Origin: Promethearchaeota archaeon
GTDB lineage: Archaea; Asgardarchaeota; Lokiarchaeia; Sigyniarchaeales; SOKP01
DNA: 64,000 nt
Direction of reading: 5' to 3'
NCBI GenBank assembly: GCA_048941015.1
Contig: JBHLNZ010000002.1
Coordinates: 32,001-96,000 of the forward strand
The translations under genes and the position numbers were made by a program. Below, in pieces: positions 49,457 to 59,818 of the stretch. The number at the start of each line of letters is the position of its first letter. Position 1 is the first letter of the stretch. Below the pieces are notes generated by a model. It did no database searches, was not told where the DNA came from, and saw only the letters and a list, made by a program, of their open reading frames with translations.

Positions 49457-50656
49457 TTAATCATAATAATTGTCAATTTTCTTTATAGTTGAATAACAGA
49501 TTTGCAAACATCCATTTAAAATTCTAGCTGAGCATTTATCAGGAGTATCTTTAGAAGAATGAATATAGACTGAATCTTTGTCAGAATGAAAACATGCAAC
49601 TTGAAATTTAGATTTTGTAATTTTTGCTAAAGAAAGAAATGATCGATGATCTGTTTTTGGTAATATAATTCTACTATATCTTATCATTGGAATATTCATA
49701 CTTTTAGCGGACGTTTCAAGTTCTTCGTTTAAAGAGCTATTAATTGGCTTTTTTTTAAAAAGACCAGAACTATCTAACAAACCAACATAAGTTCCAACCA
49801 TATCAATATTGATATTAAAAGATTTATTTAAGTCGTAATCTTTATTTAACTTCCCTACGTGTCTTTCAACATAATTTTGTGAGCCTAATAAACCCCATTC
49901 TTCAGCTCCAGTCCAAATAAAAATCACATCAATATTTTTAAGTGGATTATTTTTTATCATTTTTGTCATTTCTATTAAAATTGATACACCACTAGCATTA
50001 TCGATAGAACCCATTGACTTCTTATTGTTATAAATAAGTAAAAAATTAATTATAAGAACAAATAATTGGATTAAAGAAGTATAGATAATTAAAGACACAA
50101 ATGCGTTTGCAGTTCCAGCTCCAGATAAGAAATCTACAATAAACCATAATGAATAAAATATAGCTATAATCAAGTATGGTATAAACATAATTCTGAAAAT
50201 AAATATTAGAATACTTTGAATTTTATAAGGGAGGTTAGCTGAAAATGTGTCATAGTGAGCGGAAAATATGATTAAAGGACGATTTTTTTTATTATTAATA
50301 CATGGAACGTAACAAATGAGATTCTTAGACTTTTCTTTTTTTACTAATGAAAGGGTGCGTTCTGTAGGTAAAAAAAATCTTAATGCTAAACAAAAGATAA
50401 GAATCACAATTAAGCGAGATAATAGAAGATATCCAAATATAATGAGTAAAACTATTCTAGTTAGGTATGTTTTGGGTCCAGCATATGAAAAATATTCTAT
50501 TTTTGATTCAATATTCTCTTTCTTAAGTTCTTCTTGAATATAAAATAAACCCTTAGACTCTCCAACACTTTCACTAGACCGGTTAAAAGCCAAAGACTTA
50601 ACATGGTTTATTGTAGCTTCTGGATCATATGAATTCGAATTTATTATATTTACCAC
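49457..50656 (-). CDS. Membrane M28-family peptidase
   Basis: SAHYDT, GSIDNASG, GAEEWGLLGS, NIDMVG, TDH, IHS..DT; TM insertions. Confidence 0.85.
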   Translation of the reverse strand: MVNIINSNSYDPEATINHVKSLAFNRSSESVGESKGLFYIQEELKKENIESKIEYFSYAGPKTYLTRIVLLIIFGYLLLSRLIVILIFCLALRFFLPTERTLSLVKKEKSKNLICYVPCINNKKNRPLIIFSAHYDTFSANLPYKIQSILIFIFRIMFIPYLIIAIFYSLWFIVDFLSGAGTANAFVSLIIYTSLIQLFVLIINFLLIYNNKKSMGSIDNASGVSILIEMTKMIKNNPLKNIDVIFIWTGAEEWGLLGSQNYVERHVGKLNKDYDLNKSFNINIDMVGTYVGLLDSSGLFKKKPINSSLNEELETSAKSMNIPMIRYSRIILPKTDHRSFLSLAKITKSKFQVACFHSDKDSVYIHSSKDTPDKCSARILNGCLQICYSTIKKIDNYYD

Positions 50657-50834
50657 GCTTTATAAAATTAAAAAGAACTTTTGTAATTAATGATTTTAAA
50701 TAATAAAAATATCGTCAATTTATTTATTTTCGGATTTATTACATATTTAAATATCGACTTTTGTTTAATTGTATACTTGAAAAAATAATTATTTTAATTT
50801 AGCTATTTGATTTATGAGTATATTGACAGAAATA

Positions 50835-50949
50835 TGCAGGAGGTGGGAATTTCAATCATTTTCAATGAGAGAATGATATTTGAACCCACGAAGACCTATG
50901 TCACTAGAGCCTCAGTCTAGCGCCGTAGACCAGGCTTGGCAACTCCTGC
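50835..50949 (-). tRNA. tRNA-Leu(GAG) with 30-nt intron at position 59/60 (intron 50849-50878)
   Basis: Acceptor GCAGGAG/CTCCTGC, anticodon arm CTAGA-CTGAGGC-TCTAG, long variable arm; T-loop interrupted by a BHB motif. Confidence 0.9.
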
Positions 50950-51187
50950 AATTTTTAAATTATGTTTTCTTTAAGGACCTACTTAAATTCTATTTTAATA
51001 GAATTAATGAATTAAATAAGAGAAATTTTAAAAATTTTATTTGTCGATTTTATTAATTTATCCACTATTTAAATGGAAAACATATTAAAAAAAAATTTTT
51101 ATTCACGAAACTTTAACTTATCTTATAATTTAATCAATATAACTCAAATATAAAATCATTTCAATAAAAAATAATAAGTGTAGAGAT

Positions 51188-52201
51188 TTGTCTATTGATA
51201 CTAAAAAATTAAAAGCACTATTACAATGGTATAAGCAAAATATCGGCGAGAATTTAATCGCAGCCCTTATAGTTAATAGAGATGGTCTTATAATTGATTC
51301 TTTAACTAATTCGTCAGAAAAGTTGGTTGATGAAGAAATTGTTGGAGGAGTAAGCGCACTTGTGGAACCTGTTTTAACAAGAATTACTGAAGAATTCAGT
51401 TCTGGCTCTTTTGGAACTGGAACTTTTGATACTGAAGAATATAGATTCATTTTTTGCGAAGCTGGCCCTGAAGCTGTACTTGTTACAGTATTAGATGCAG
51501 TAGCGGGAGTAGATCCCATATTTCCATATGCCTATTTAGCAGCTGAGAAAATTGCTCGAATATTCGACGGTAGAACTGTTAGTCCAGTCATACCTAAATT
51601 AATAAAAGATAAAGATGCTAAAAGTATACAAAGAAAATTAGAAAAACTTCAAAAAATCAAAATTAAATCTGGAGAATATGCTTTCAAATTAATTCTAGGC
51701 GGTGATGGAGCAGTTGGAAAGACAAGTATGGTACATCGATTTGTTGAAGATAAATTTGAAAAAGATTATAAGTCAACAATAGGAACTTCGATTATGAAAA
51801 AGGAATGCAGATTTGAAGGATTAGATAGCGGGGTTCGCTTCGTTATATGGGATTTAGCAGGACAAGCGCAATTCAAAAGAGTAAGGCAATCTTATTTAGC
51901 CAATGCGGAAGCAGGGATCTTAGTTTATGATGTAACTAACAAAACTTCATTTGAAAATGTAGAAAATTGGAATAATGAAATAAAAAATGGCTCACCCAAT
52001 ATTTCTTTAATCTTAGTAGGTAATAAGATTGATTTAGAGGAGAATAGAGAGGTTAGCTTCGAAGAGGGAGAGAAATTAGCTCAAGAGTTAGGATTATCTT
52101 ATATAGAAACATCTGCTAAAACTGGTGAAAACATAGAGGATGCGTTTAAAATGCTTGCTTTACAAATTATCCAGAAATATATAATCACTGAAGAGTTATA
52201 A
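51188..52201 (+). CDS. Roadblock domain + Rab-like small GTPase fusion
   Basis: N-terminal AALIVNRDGLII roadblock; G1 GDGAVGKTS, G2 STIG, G3 WDLAGQ, G4 NKID, G5 ETSAK. Confidence 0.9.
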   Translation: MSIDTKKLKALLQWYKQNIGENLIAALIVNRDGLIIDSLTNSSEKLVDEEIVGGVSALVEPVLTRITEEFSSGSFGTGTFDTEEYRFIFCEAGPEAVLVTVLDAVAGVDPIFPYAYLAAEKIARIFDGRTVSPVIPKLIKDKDAKSIQRKLEKLQKIKIKSGEYAFKLILGGDGAVGKTSMVHRFVEDKFEKDYKSTIGTSIMKKECRFEGLDSGVRFVIWDLAGQAQFKRVRQSYLANAEAGILVYDVTNKTSFENVENWNNEIKNGSPNISLILVGNKIDLEENREVSFEEGEKLAQELGLSYIETSAKTGENIEDAFKMLALQIIQKYIITEEL

Positions 52202-52202
52202 A

Positions 52203-52331
52203 TGGAGCCTCTGGGGGGAATTTCATGTCAGAGTGTTTCTCAATGACATCTTGAACCCCCGATCTACAGATTACGAATCTTTAGCATTCTTTTTTAAGAA
52301 GAATGTTGCTATACCGCTAAGCCACAGAGGC
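52203..52331 (-). tRNA. tRNA-Thr(CGT) with two introns (28/29: 52281-52304; 59/60: 52220-52249), encoded CCA
   Basis: Acceptor GCCTCTG/CAGAGGC-T-CCA; removing both BHB-type introns restores the anticodon arm ACAGA-TTCGTAA-TCTGT and T-loop TTCAAGT. Confidence 0.88.
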
Positions 52332-52383
52332 AAAATATTTTACTTATTATATATTAATATAAAAAAAATATAAAATTTTTCCA

Positions 52384-53400
52384 ATGAATCAAAAGCATTA
52401 TATTAGTGAACTTGGGGAAATTAAATTAATTGAAATTATCGAAAATTTAGTATTTGAGAAGCTTGGAAAGAATTTGATAAGGGATGATTCTTTTTATTTT
52501 GAACTTGAAAAAACTACAAACCAGAAATTGTTAATATTTAACTCTGATATGCTGGTCGCTTCATCCGATGTTCCTAGACTGATGTCATTTTATCAAATTG
52601 GAAGAAAAGCTGTAATAATGAATTTAAGTGATTTATTTATTAAAGCCGTTAAACCGAAAGGAATTATCATGAGTCTTGGATTACCAGATAATTTAATGAT
52701 ATCATCTTTTAAAGAATTACTGAGAGGTATTGTTGATCAATGCGAAAGATATGGTTTAGATTATATTGGAGGAGATTTAAATAAGACTGGAGAAATTATT
52801 ATAAATCCCACCGTCTTTGGTTTTAAAGATCCTAAAAAAATATTATATAGAACTGGGATCGAAGAGGGAGATTTTCTTGTTTCTAATAATAAATTTGGAT
52901 TAACTGGTGTAGGTTTTGATATTCTTTTAAATAAGAATGGAACTCCTGAGAAATATCCAAAATATAAAAAATCAATTAAAAGTGTCCTAGAACCGGAAGT
53001 TTTTGGACTAGAAGCATATATATTAGCTGAAAAGAATTTGGCTTCTGCAGCGATTGATTCATCAGATGGATTATTAAAATCTTTAAAAGACTTAATGCTA
53101 TCAAATCCTCATCTTGGATTTGAAATAAATTGTAATGAAAATTTAATTGATAAAGAAGCGTTATTATATTCGGAAGAATTTAACATCCCAATCGAAGGAT
53201 TAGTTTTTGAAGCTGGTGAAGAATTCATACATTTATTTATAATCAAACCACAAAATCTGAGATTAATAAGTAGTATTATACAAGAAAGGGGAGGGAAAAT
53301 TTTTAAAATTGGAAGAGTTATTTCTGAAGAGAAAGTAAATATTATAAAGGATGGAGTTAAGATTGAATTAGAAGGATTTGGTTATGAGCATTTTAGGTAA
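52384..53400 (+). CDS. thiL: Thiamine-monophosphate kinase
   Basis: ISELGE, RDDS, SDML, NLSDL, GGDL, IDSSDGL, GEEF, GYEHF. Confidence 0.9.
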   Translation: MNQKHYISELGEIKLIEIIENLVFEKLGKNLIRDDSFYFELEKTTNQKLLIFNSDMLVASSDVPRLMSFYQIGRKAVIMNLSDLFIKAVKPKGIIMSLGLPDNLMISSFKELLRGIVDQCERYGLDYIGGDLNKTGEIIINPTVFGFKDPKKILYRTGIEEGDFLVSNNKFGLTGVGFDILLNKNGTPEKYPKYKKSIKSVLEPEVFGLEAYILAEKNLASAAIDSSDGLLKSLKDLMLSNPHLGFEINCNENLIDKEALLYSEEFNIPIEGLVFEAGEEFIHLFIIKPQNLRLISSIIQERGGKIFKIGRVISEEKVNIIKDGVKIELEGFGYEHFR

Positions 53401-53526
53401 TCAGTTTTTAAAGCTTAACTTTCCTAACTTAGAAATTAAAATATTAACGAAAAAGTTTTATATCATTATAGACTTAATCTATTACTGTTTTAATCAAAAA
53501 ATGGTCTTTATTAAATTGAAACATTT

Positions 53527-53600
53527 GGGCCATTAGCGCAGGCAGGTAGCGCAGCAGGCTTTTAACCTGAAGGTCGTGGGTTCAATTCCCACATGGCCCG
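53527..53600 (+). tRNA. tRNA-Lys(TTT), intronless
   Basis: GGGCCAT/ATGGCCC acceptor, CAGG-CTTTTAA-CCTG anticodon arm, GTGGG-TTCAATT-CCCAC T arm. Confidence 0.95.
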
Positions 53601-53723
53601 CAATTTTTACTATTATTTAATAGTTCACTTTTTTATTCAAAATCTATATATGATTTTGGTATTAATAACGATAATATTTAATTTCCCCAATATTTAATAA
53701 TTATAATAAAACCTTCTTTTTTT

Positions 53724-54752
53724 TTGTATATGATTAATTCTGATTTTAGACTACCATCTGATGAACCAGAACAATTATTAGTCAAATCTCAGGATAAAAC
53801 AAATCCAGAATATGGATGTGACCCAACTAAAAGGAATATAGAATCCTTATTACAATATGGTGTAATTAATTTAGATAAGCCTAGTGGTCCCACAAGTCAT
53901 GAAGTTGTTTCTTGGTTGCGGAAAATCTTAAACGTTCCTAATGCGGGACATGGAGGTACATTAGATCCAAAAGTTACAGGAGTATTACCTTGTGCTCTGG
54001 GAAAAGCAACACGCGTTTTATCGGCACTATTAGAAGTAGGGAAAGAGTATGTAGGAATTATGAAACTGCATAATCCTGAAAGTTTTAAAAAAATAGAAAA
54101 AATTTTTAGGATCTTCACAGGAAAAATATATCAAACACCACCTTTGAAATCTTCTGTTAGCAGAAGATTAAGAACAAGAGATATTTATTATCTTAATATT
54201 CTTGATATTGAAGAAAATCTTGTTTTATTTCGTGTTGGATGCGAAGCTGGAACTTATATAAGAAAATTATGCTTTGACATCGGCGAAGCATTATGCTCAG
54301 GAGCTCATATGCTTGAACTAAGAAGAACTCGAGTAGGCAATTTTCGTGAAGATAATACATTAGTGACTCTTCAAAATGTAAAAGATGCATTCGATATCTT
54401 TTATCAAGAAAATGATGAATCATATCTAAGAAAAATTGTTTTTCCAATGGAAAAAATTGTCGAGCATATTCCTAAGATTTATGTTAGGGATTCTGCTGTA
54501 GATGCTTTATGTCATGGAGCAGATCTTGCGGCTGCTGGAATTTGTTTTATTGATGCACGGATTAAAATTAATATGCTTATAGCATATGTGACTCTTAAAC
54601 GTGAATTAATCGGTTTTGGCCTTTCAAAAATGGATGCAATGAAAATTTACAAAGCAAAATCTGGAATTATGGTAAATACAAATAAGATTTTTATGGAAAG
54701 GAATACCTATCCTCGCTGGGATGAGATTAAAATCAAAAAATTGGAAGTTTAA
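53724..54752 (+). CDS. cbf5: H/ACA pseudouridine synthase Cbf5 (TruB family)
   Basis: LDKPSGPTSHEV, GHGGTLDPKVTG, GTYIR, PUA domain. Confidence 0.95.
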   Translation: MYMINSDFRLPSDEPEQLLVKSQDKTNPEYGCDPTKRNIESLLQYGVINLDKPSGPTSHEVVSWLRKILNVPNAGHGGTLDPKVTGVLPCALGKATRVLSALLEVGKEYVGIMKLHNPESFKKIEKIFRIFTGKIYQTPPLKSSVSRRLRTRDIYYLNILDIEENLVLFRVGCEAGTYIRKLCFDIGEALCSGAHMLELRRTRVGNFREDNTLVTLQNVKDAFDIFYQENDESYLRKIVFPMEKIVEHIPKIYVRDSAVDALCHGADLAAAGICFIDARIKINMLIAYVTLKRELIGFGLSKMDAMKIYKAKSGIMVNTNKIFMERNTYPRWDEIKIKKLEV

Positions 54753-55412
54753 ATGAATAATAAAGGTCAACATTACTCTACGGCTTTTCCAGATGTCAAT
54801 GTGAAAATTCTTTCGATATCTGCAAGTTTAAGGAGACATCTATATCTTTTTAAGACAATAACTGGTGTATTCTCATTTAAAAAAATAGATCTTGGAACTA
54901 AAATTCTTGTTGAAAATATGAAAATACCTGATTCATCAAGTGTATTACTAGATTTAGGATGTGGATATGGGGTTATCGGTATAATTTTATCTAAAGAATC
55001 CCCTCTAAGCCAGGTTTATATGATAGACATAAATCAAAGAGCAATTTGGTGTACAAAAGAAAATATAAAAATTAATATACCAGATTCTAAGAATCAGACA
55101 ATAGTTCTTAAAGGTAATTATTTTGAGCCTTTAATTAAAAAGAATGTTAAATTTGATGCAATTTATATGAATCCTCCATTAAGAAAGGGGAGAAGAGAAT
55201 TTCTCAATCTTTTTCAGGAACTTCCTAATTATTTGAAGAAAAAAGGATTTTTCCAATTTGTAATTAAAAAAAAAATGGGAGCAGAATATGTATTAGATTA
55301 TCTAAGAAAAAAATATTCAGAACAAACCGTAGAAGTTTTATGCAAAAGAAGTGGTTATTGGGTTTTTAATTGTGTGCAACATCAAAATAATACAGTTTCT
55401 CCAAAAATTTAA
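54753..55412 (+). CDS. RsmC-like class I SAM methyltransferase
   Basis: GVFS..KIDLGT, LDLGCGYG, MNPP. Confidence 0.85.
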   Translation: MNNKGQHYSTAFPDVNVKILSISASLRRHLYLFKTITGVFSFKKIDLGTKILVENMKIPDSSSVLLDLGCGYGVIGIILSKESPLSQVYMIDINQRAIWCTKENIKINIPDSKNQTIVLKGNYFEPLIKKNVKFDAIYMNPPLRKGRREFLNLFQELPNYLKKKGFFQFVIKKKMGAEYVLDYLRKKYSEQTVEVLCKRSGYWVFNCVQHQNNTVSPKI

Positions 55413-55477
55413 TAGAGAAATCGTAAAAAATTGGTAAAATTTTTTAGAATTAATGTATTTTCTTTCTTAACTCACAT

Positions 55478-55756
55478 GTGAAAAATGAGGATTTTTCCTT
55501 GACTAAAAAAAAAAAGATTGATGTATTACTTCATGAACTAGTTCCAAAACATAAACTTATGACTAAAGAAGAGACTAAGCAATTATTAAATAAATTTCAG
55601 ATACAACTTACAGATTTGCCTCAACTTTTTGAAAAAGATCCTGTTGCTATTGCAATTGGAGCTAAAGAGGGGGATGTAGTTAAGATTATCCGTGATTCTC
55701 ATACTACTGTAATCTCAGTTAATTACTATCGATATGTAAAAAAGGAAAAAGTCTAA
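55478..55756 (+). CDS. rpoH: RNA polymerase subunit H (Rpo5)
   Basis: HELVPKH, LP...KDPV, GDVVKIIR, YRYV. Confidence 0.95.
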   Translation: MKNEDFSLTKKKKIDVLLHELVPKHKLMTKEETKQLLNKFQIQLTDLPQLFEKDPVAIAIGAKEGDVVKIIRDSHTTVISVNYYRYVKKEKV

Positions 55757-55798
55757 TTATTACTTATTAAAAATAAAAATGTGAAGGTTAAATAGATT

Positions 55799-58700
55799 TT
55801 GAGTGTTGAAAAACTATCTAATAACGACAAATGGGTTGTTTTAAAAAGTTTATTCGATGAAAAAGGTCTTGTTCGACAACATCTGGATTCATATAACAAT
55901 TTTATTGAGCATGAGATGCAAGCAATAGTAGATGAATCGGGTGAAGTTATTCCAGACATTCCAGGATTCAAAATAAAATTTGGAAAAATTAAAGTAGGTG
56001 TTCCTAAAGTAAGGGAAGCAGATGGTGCAACAATGGAGATAACTCCTATTGAGGCACGAATCAGAGAATTAAGTTACGCTGCTGATATCACATTAGAAAT
56101 GACACCTATAACAATCGATGAAAGGACGCAAAGGGAAGAACCTGAGGAAACTCTTGATATCTATATTGGTAAAATCCCGATAATGCTCAAGAGTTGTCGA
56201 TGCCCTTTAGAAAGTTTAGCAGAACAGGAATTAATTAACCGTGGTGAGGATCCTCTTGACCCAGGAGGATACTTCATTATAAATGGTACAGAACGTGTGC
56301 TGGTAACACAAGAAGATTTAGCTCCAAATAGAATATTAGCAGAAGAAGCAAGTAGGAGTTCAAGTGCTACTCATCAAGCTAAAGTTTTTTCAACAAGGAG
56401 TGGTTTTAGAGCTCCTGTAACAATCGAAAGAAAGAAAGATGGAAATCTGAGAGTATCTTTTCCTTCTGTTCCTGGTAAAATTCCGCTAGCTATATTAATG
56501 AGAGCTTTAGGATTACATTCTGATAGAGAAATTTTTGAAGCAATTTCAGAAAATGATGAAATTCAAAAAGAATTAATACCTGTAGTAGATGTGGCTTCTG
56601 AGATTCAAGTTTTAAAAGATCCTGAAAAATCTCAACAAAATGCACTTGATTATATTGGAAAACGAGTAGCTATCGGGCAAACTAAAGATTATCGTATTAG
56701 AAGAGCCCTTCAAGTTTTAGATCGATATCTCTTACCTCATATTGGAAATGAAGAGGAAGATCGAATTAAAAAAGCTTACTATTTAGGCCAAATGGCACAA
56801 AAAGTCATGGAATTGGCTTTAAAATTAAGGGACCCTGATGACAAAGATCATTATTCAAATAAAAGGTTAAAATTAGCGGGAGAATTATTTACTTCATTAT
56901 TTAGAGTAGCATTTCTAAATCTAGTCAAAGATATTAAATATCAATTAGAGAGAACAGCAGTACGTGGTAGAGCGCCTAATATCAAGACGGCAGTAAGAGC
57001 TGATGTAATTACAGAAAGAATAAGGCATGCTTTAGCAACAGGTAATTGGGTTGGTGGAAAAGCGGGAGTAAGCCAGTTATTGAATAGAACTAATCATGTG
57101 GGAACATTAAGTCACTTAAGAAGAGTGATATCTCCCCTAAGTCGAAGTCAACCTCATTTTGAAGCTAGAGATTTACATCCAACCCAATGGGGAAAAATTT
57201 GTCCTGCAGAAACACCTGAAGGACCAAACTGCGGTCTAGTTAAGAATCTTGGTTTAGCTTCCATTATATCGGTAGGTGCAGATGAGAAGATAATTGAAAA
57301 TATCTTAATTGACCTAGGAGTAATACCTATTAATGAAGTAAAAAACATTAAAGGAGATAAAGTTAAAGTATTTTTAAACGGAAAGCTGGTGGGGATACAT
57401 CAACAATACAATCCATTTATCCTTCAGCTTAGAGAGAAGAGGAGAAAGGGAGAGATCGGACAACATGTAAATATAGGGTATTATCATGATTCAAAAGAGA
57501 TCCAAATAAATTGTGATGAGGGAAGAGCTACAAGACCATTGTTTGTTGTGAAAAATAAAAAGTTGCTTATAAGTCGAGAAGATATTGAAAAATTAAAGCA
57601 GAATAAATTCATCTGGTCTGATTTAGTCCAGAAAGGTGTTATTGAATATTTGGACGCTGAAGAAGAAGAAAACGCTTATATTGCAATGTTTGAAGAAGAT
57701 ATAACTGAGGAAACTACTCATTTAGAAATTTCTCCAGCTGCAATCTTGGGAATATGCGCTTCTATAATTCCGTTCCCAGAGCATAATCAATCCCCAAGAA
57801 ACACTTATGAAGCAGGAATGGTAAAGCAAGCATTAGGCTTATTCGCTGCAAATATGCATTTAAGACTAGATACACGAGGTCATACATTACATTATCCTCA
57901 ACAGCCATTAGTAAAAACTAGTCCAATGGAAATAATAGGAATTAACAAACGCCCTGCTGGACAAAATTTTATTATAGCCATGATGAGTTTTGAAGGATTC
58001 AATATTGAAGATGCTATTATAATTAATAAAGCTTCAATTGAGAGAGGTCTAGCAAGAAGCCATTTCTTTAGAACTTATGATGCTGAAGAAAGAAAATATC
58101 CTGGGGGAGAAGTGGATAAGTTTGAGATCCCTGAAAGAGGAGTTAGAGGCTTTAAGTCTGCTGAATCTTATAGGTTATTATCAGAAGAAGATGGGATTAT
58201 TGAGCCAGAAACTGCTGTAAATGGTGGAGATGTTTTAATCGGACGTACATCACCTCCAAGATTCATTAAATCTTACGAGGAATTTGAATTAATGCAACCA
58301 AATAGAAGAGAAACATCAAAGAATATGAGACACAATGAAATGGGAATTGTAGATACGGTTATTATTTCCGAAACAGTTGACGGTAATAAGTTAGTTAAAA
58401 TTAAAGTAAGAGATTTAAGAATACCTGAATTGGGAGATAAGTTTTCTTCTCGTCATGGACAAAAAGGTGTTTTAGGATTAATACAACCTCAAGAAGACAT
58501 GCCTTTTACCTCATCTGGGGTGATTCCTGACATAATTGTTAATCCCCATGCGATGCCATCGAGAATGACTTTAGGTCAGTTATTTGAAGGAATTAGTGGA
58601 AAGATAGCATGCAATACAGGTATTTTAGGCGATGCTACTGCTTTCGAATGGAAAAATATTACTGAACTTCAAGAACAACTTGTTGAGGCAGGCTTCGAAT

Positions 58701-59170
58701 TTAATGGAAGAGAAGTAATGTATAATGGAATTACAGGTGAAAAATATGAAGCAGGAATTTATTGTAATCCTATTTATTATCAAAAACTTTATCATCTAGT
58801 TGCAGATAAGTTACATGCTCGAGCTCGAGGTCCTGTACAAATATTAACAAGACAGCCTACTGAGGGGAGAGCACGAGAGGGAGGATTGAGATTTGGGGAA
58901 ATGGAACGTGATTGTTTGGTTGGTCATGGATCTGCTTTACTTTTAAAAGAAAGATTATTAGATGAATCTGATAGAACTGTTATCTTGGTTTGTGAGAAAT
59001 GTGGTCTTTTAGCTGTATATGATAGAAATCGGGATAAGAGATATTGCCCTGTTTGTGGTGAGGGTACTGTAATTTCAAAGGTTGTATGCTCCTATGCTTT
59101 TAAATTATTACTTCAGGAAATGATGAGTTTAGGTTTAGCTCCACGTTTAAAATTGAAAGAAAAAATTTAA
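55799..59170 (+). CDS. rpoB: RNA polymerase subunit B (Rpo2), unsplit
   Basis: GGYFIINGTE, ETPEG, GDKFSSRHGQKG, GGLRFGEMERD, C-terminal Zn finger. Confidence 0.98.
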   Translation: MSVEKLSNNDKWVVLKSLFDEKGLVRQHLDSYNNFIEHEMQAIVDESGEVIPDIPGFKIKFGKIKVGVPKVREADGATMEITPIEARIRELSYAADITLEMTPITIDERTQREEPEETLDIYIGKIPIMLKSCRCPLESLAEQELINRGEDPLDPGGYFIINGTERVLVTQEDLAPNRILAEEASRSSSATHQAKVFSTRSGFRAPVTIERKKDGNLRVSFPSVPGKIPLAILMRALGLHSDREIFEAISENDEIQKELIPVVDVASEIQVLKDPEKSQQNALDYIGKRVAIGQTKDYRIRRALQVLDRYLLPHIGNEEEDRIKKAYYLGQMAQKVMELALKLRDPDDKDHYSNKRLKLAGELFTSLFRVAFLNLVKDIKYQLERTAVRGRAPNIKTAVRADVITERIRHALATGNWVGGKAGVSQLLNRTNHVGTLSHLRRVISPLSRSQPHFEARDLHPTQWGKICPAETPEGPNCGLVKNLGLASIISVGADEKIIENILIDLGVIPINEVKNIKGDKVKVFLNGKLVGIHQQYNPFILQLREKRRKGEIGQHVNIGYYHDSKEIQINCDEGRATRPLFVVKNKKLLISREDIEKLKQNKFIWSDLVQKGVIEYLDAEEEENAYIAMFEEDITEETTHLEISPAAILGICASIIPFPEHNQSPRNTYEAGMVKQALGLFAANMHLRLDTRGHTLHYPQQPLVKTSPMEIIGINKRPAGQNFIIAMMSFEGFNIEDAIIINKASIERGLARSHFFRTYDAEERKYPGGEVDKFEIPERGVRGFKSAESYRLLSEEDGIIEPETAVNGGDVLIGRTSPPRFIKSYEEFELMQPNRRETSKNMRHNEMGIVDTVIISETVDGNKLVKIKVRDLRIPELGDKFSSRHGQKGVLGLIQPQEDMPFTSSGVIPDIIVNPHAMPSRMTLGQLFEGISGKIACNTGILGDATAFEWKNITELQEQLVEAGFEFNGREVMYNGITGEKYEAGIYCNPIYYQKLYHLVADKLHARARGPVQILTRQPTEGRAREGGLRFGEMERDCLVGHGSALLLKERLLDESDRTVILVCEKCGLLAVYDRNRDKRYCPVCGEGTVISKVVCSYAFKLLLQEMMSLGLAPRLKLKEKI

Positions 59171-59262
59171 TTATATTTTCCTTTTCGCCTTATTTATTTA
59201 AGATTTATGAATCTATTGCTCAATTCTGAGAGAAAAATCGAATTTAAAAAAAAAAGAGAATT

Positions 59263-59682
59263 TTAAATTCCAAAACCAAGGAATGAATAAAGTTCTGGTA
59301 TCATTGTATATAGAAGGAATAGGAAAAACAATGTTAATAAAGCTATCCATACAGCATGATCCCAAGAGATATCCAGGAAAAACTTAGTTAAAACTAATAT
59401 AATAAGAAAACCGATTATCGGAGTTAATTGAGTCAAATAATTCGAACCACTGAATGCAAGTAAATCACCTATTGCAGATAAAACACTATTAATTGCACCT
59501 AAAACTACAGGAATTATCAAAACACATATAAAAGCTAATAGAATGATTAAAAATTTCTTATCAGAGGCTTTAGTTTTAGATTCGATAAGTAATGTCGAAA
59601 TATAAATGATCAATGTAACTATTACTGTCGCAAGTACTAACCATAAAATAAAAAATAACGTACTTTCCCATTGAAATAACAT
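59263..59682 (-). CDS. Hypothetical 4-TM membrane protein
   Basis: Four hydrophobic segments; SD-like AAGGT upstream. Confidence 0.7.
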   Translation of the reverse strand: MLFQWESTLFFILWLVLATVIVTLIIYISTLLIESKTKASDKKFLIILLAFICVLIIPVVLGAINSVLSAIGDLLAFSGSNYLTQLTPIIGFLIILVLTKFFLDISWDHAVWIALLTLFFLFLLYTMIPELYSFLGFGI

Positions 59683-59818
59683 TTTAATTGTCTACCTTTA
59701 ATTTTGAGTTTTTGAAAAATTTAAATTAAGTGTGCAATACTCTCCTTCTTTTTTAAATATTAACATAATATTATTATTGTTTAAAAAAGGATTTTATGTT
59801 AAAAAATGAAAAATTGGG

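Noticed and set aside
50657-53723. Integrated element at the tRNA cluster
   Set aside because: No integrase, att duplication or transposase seen; the intervening genes are ordinary
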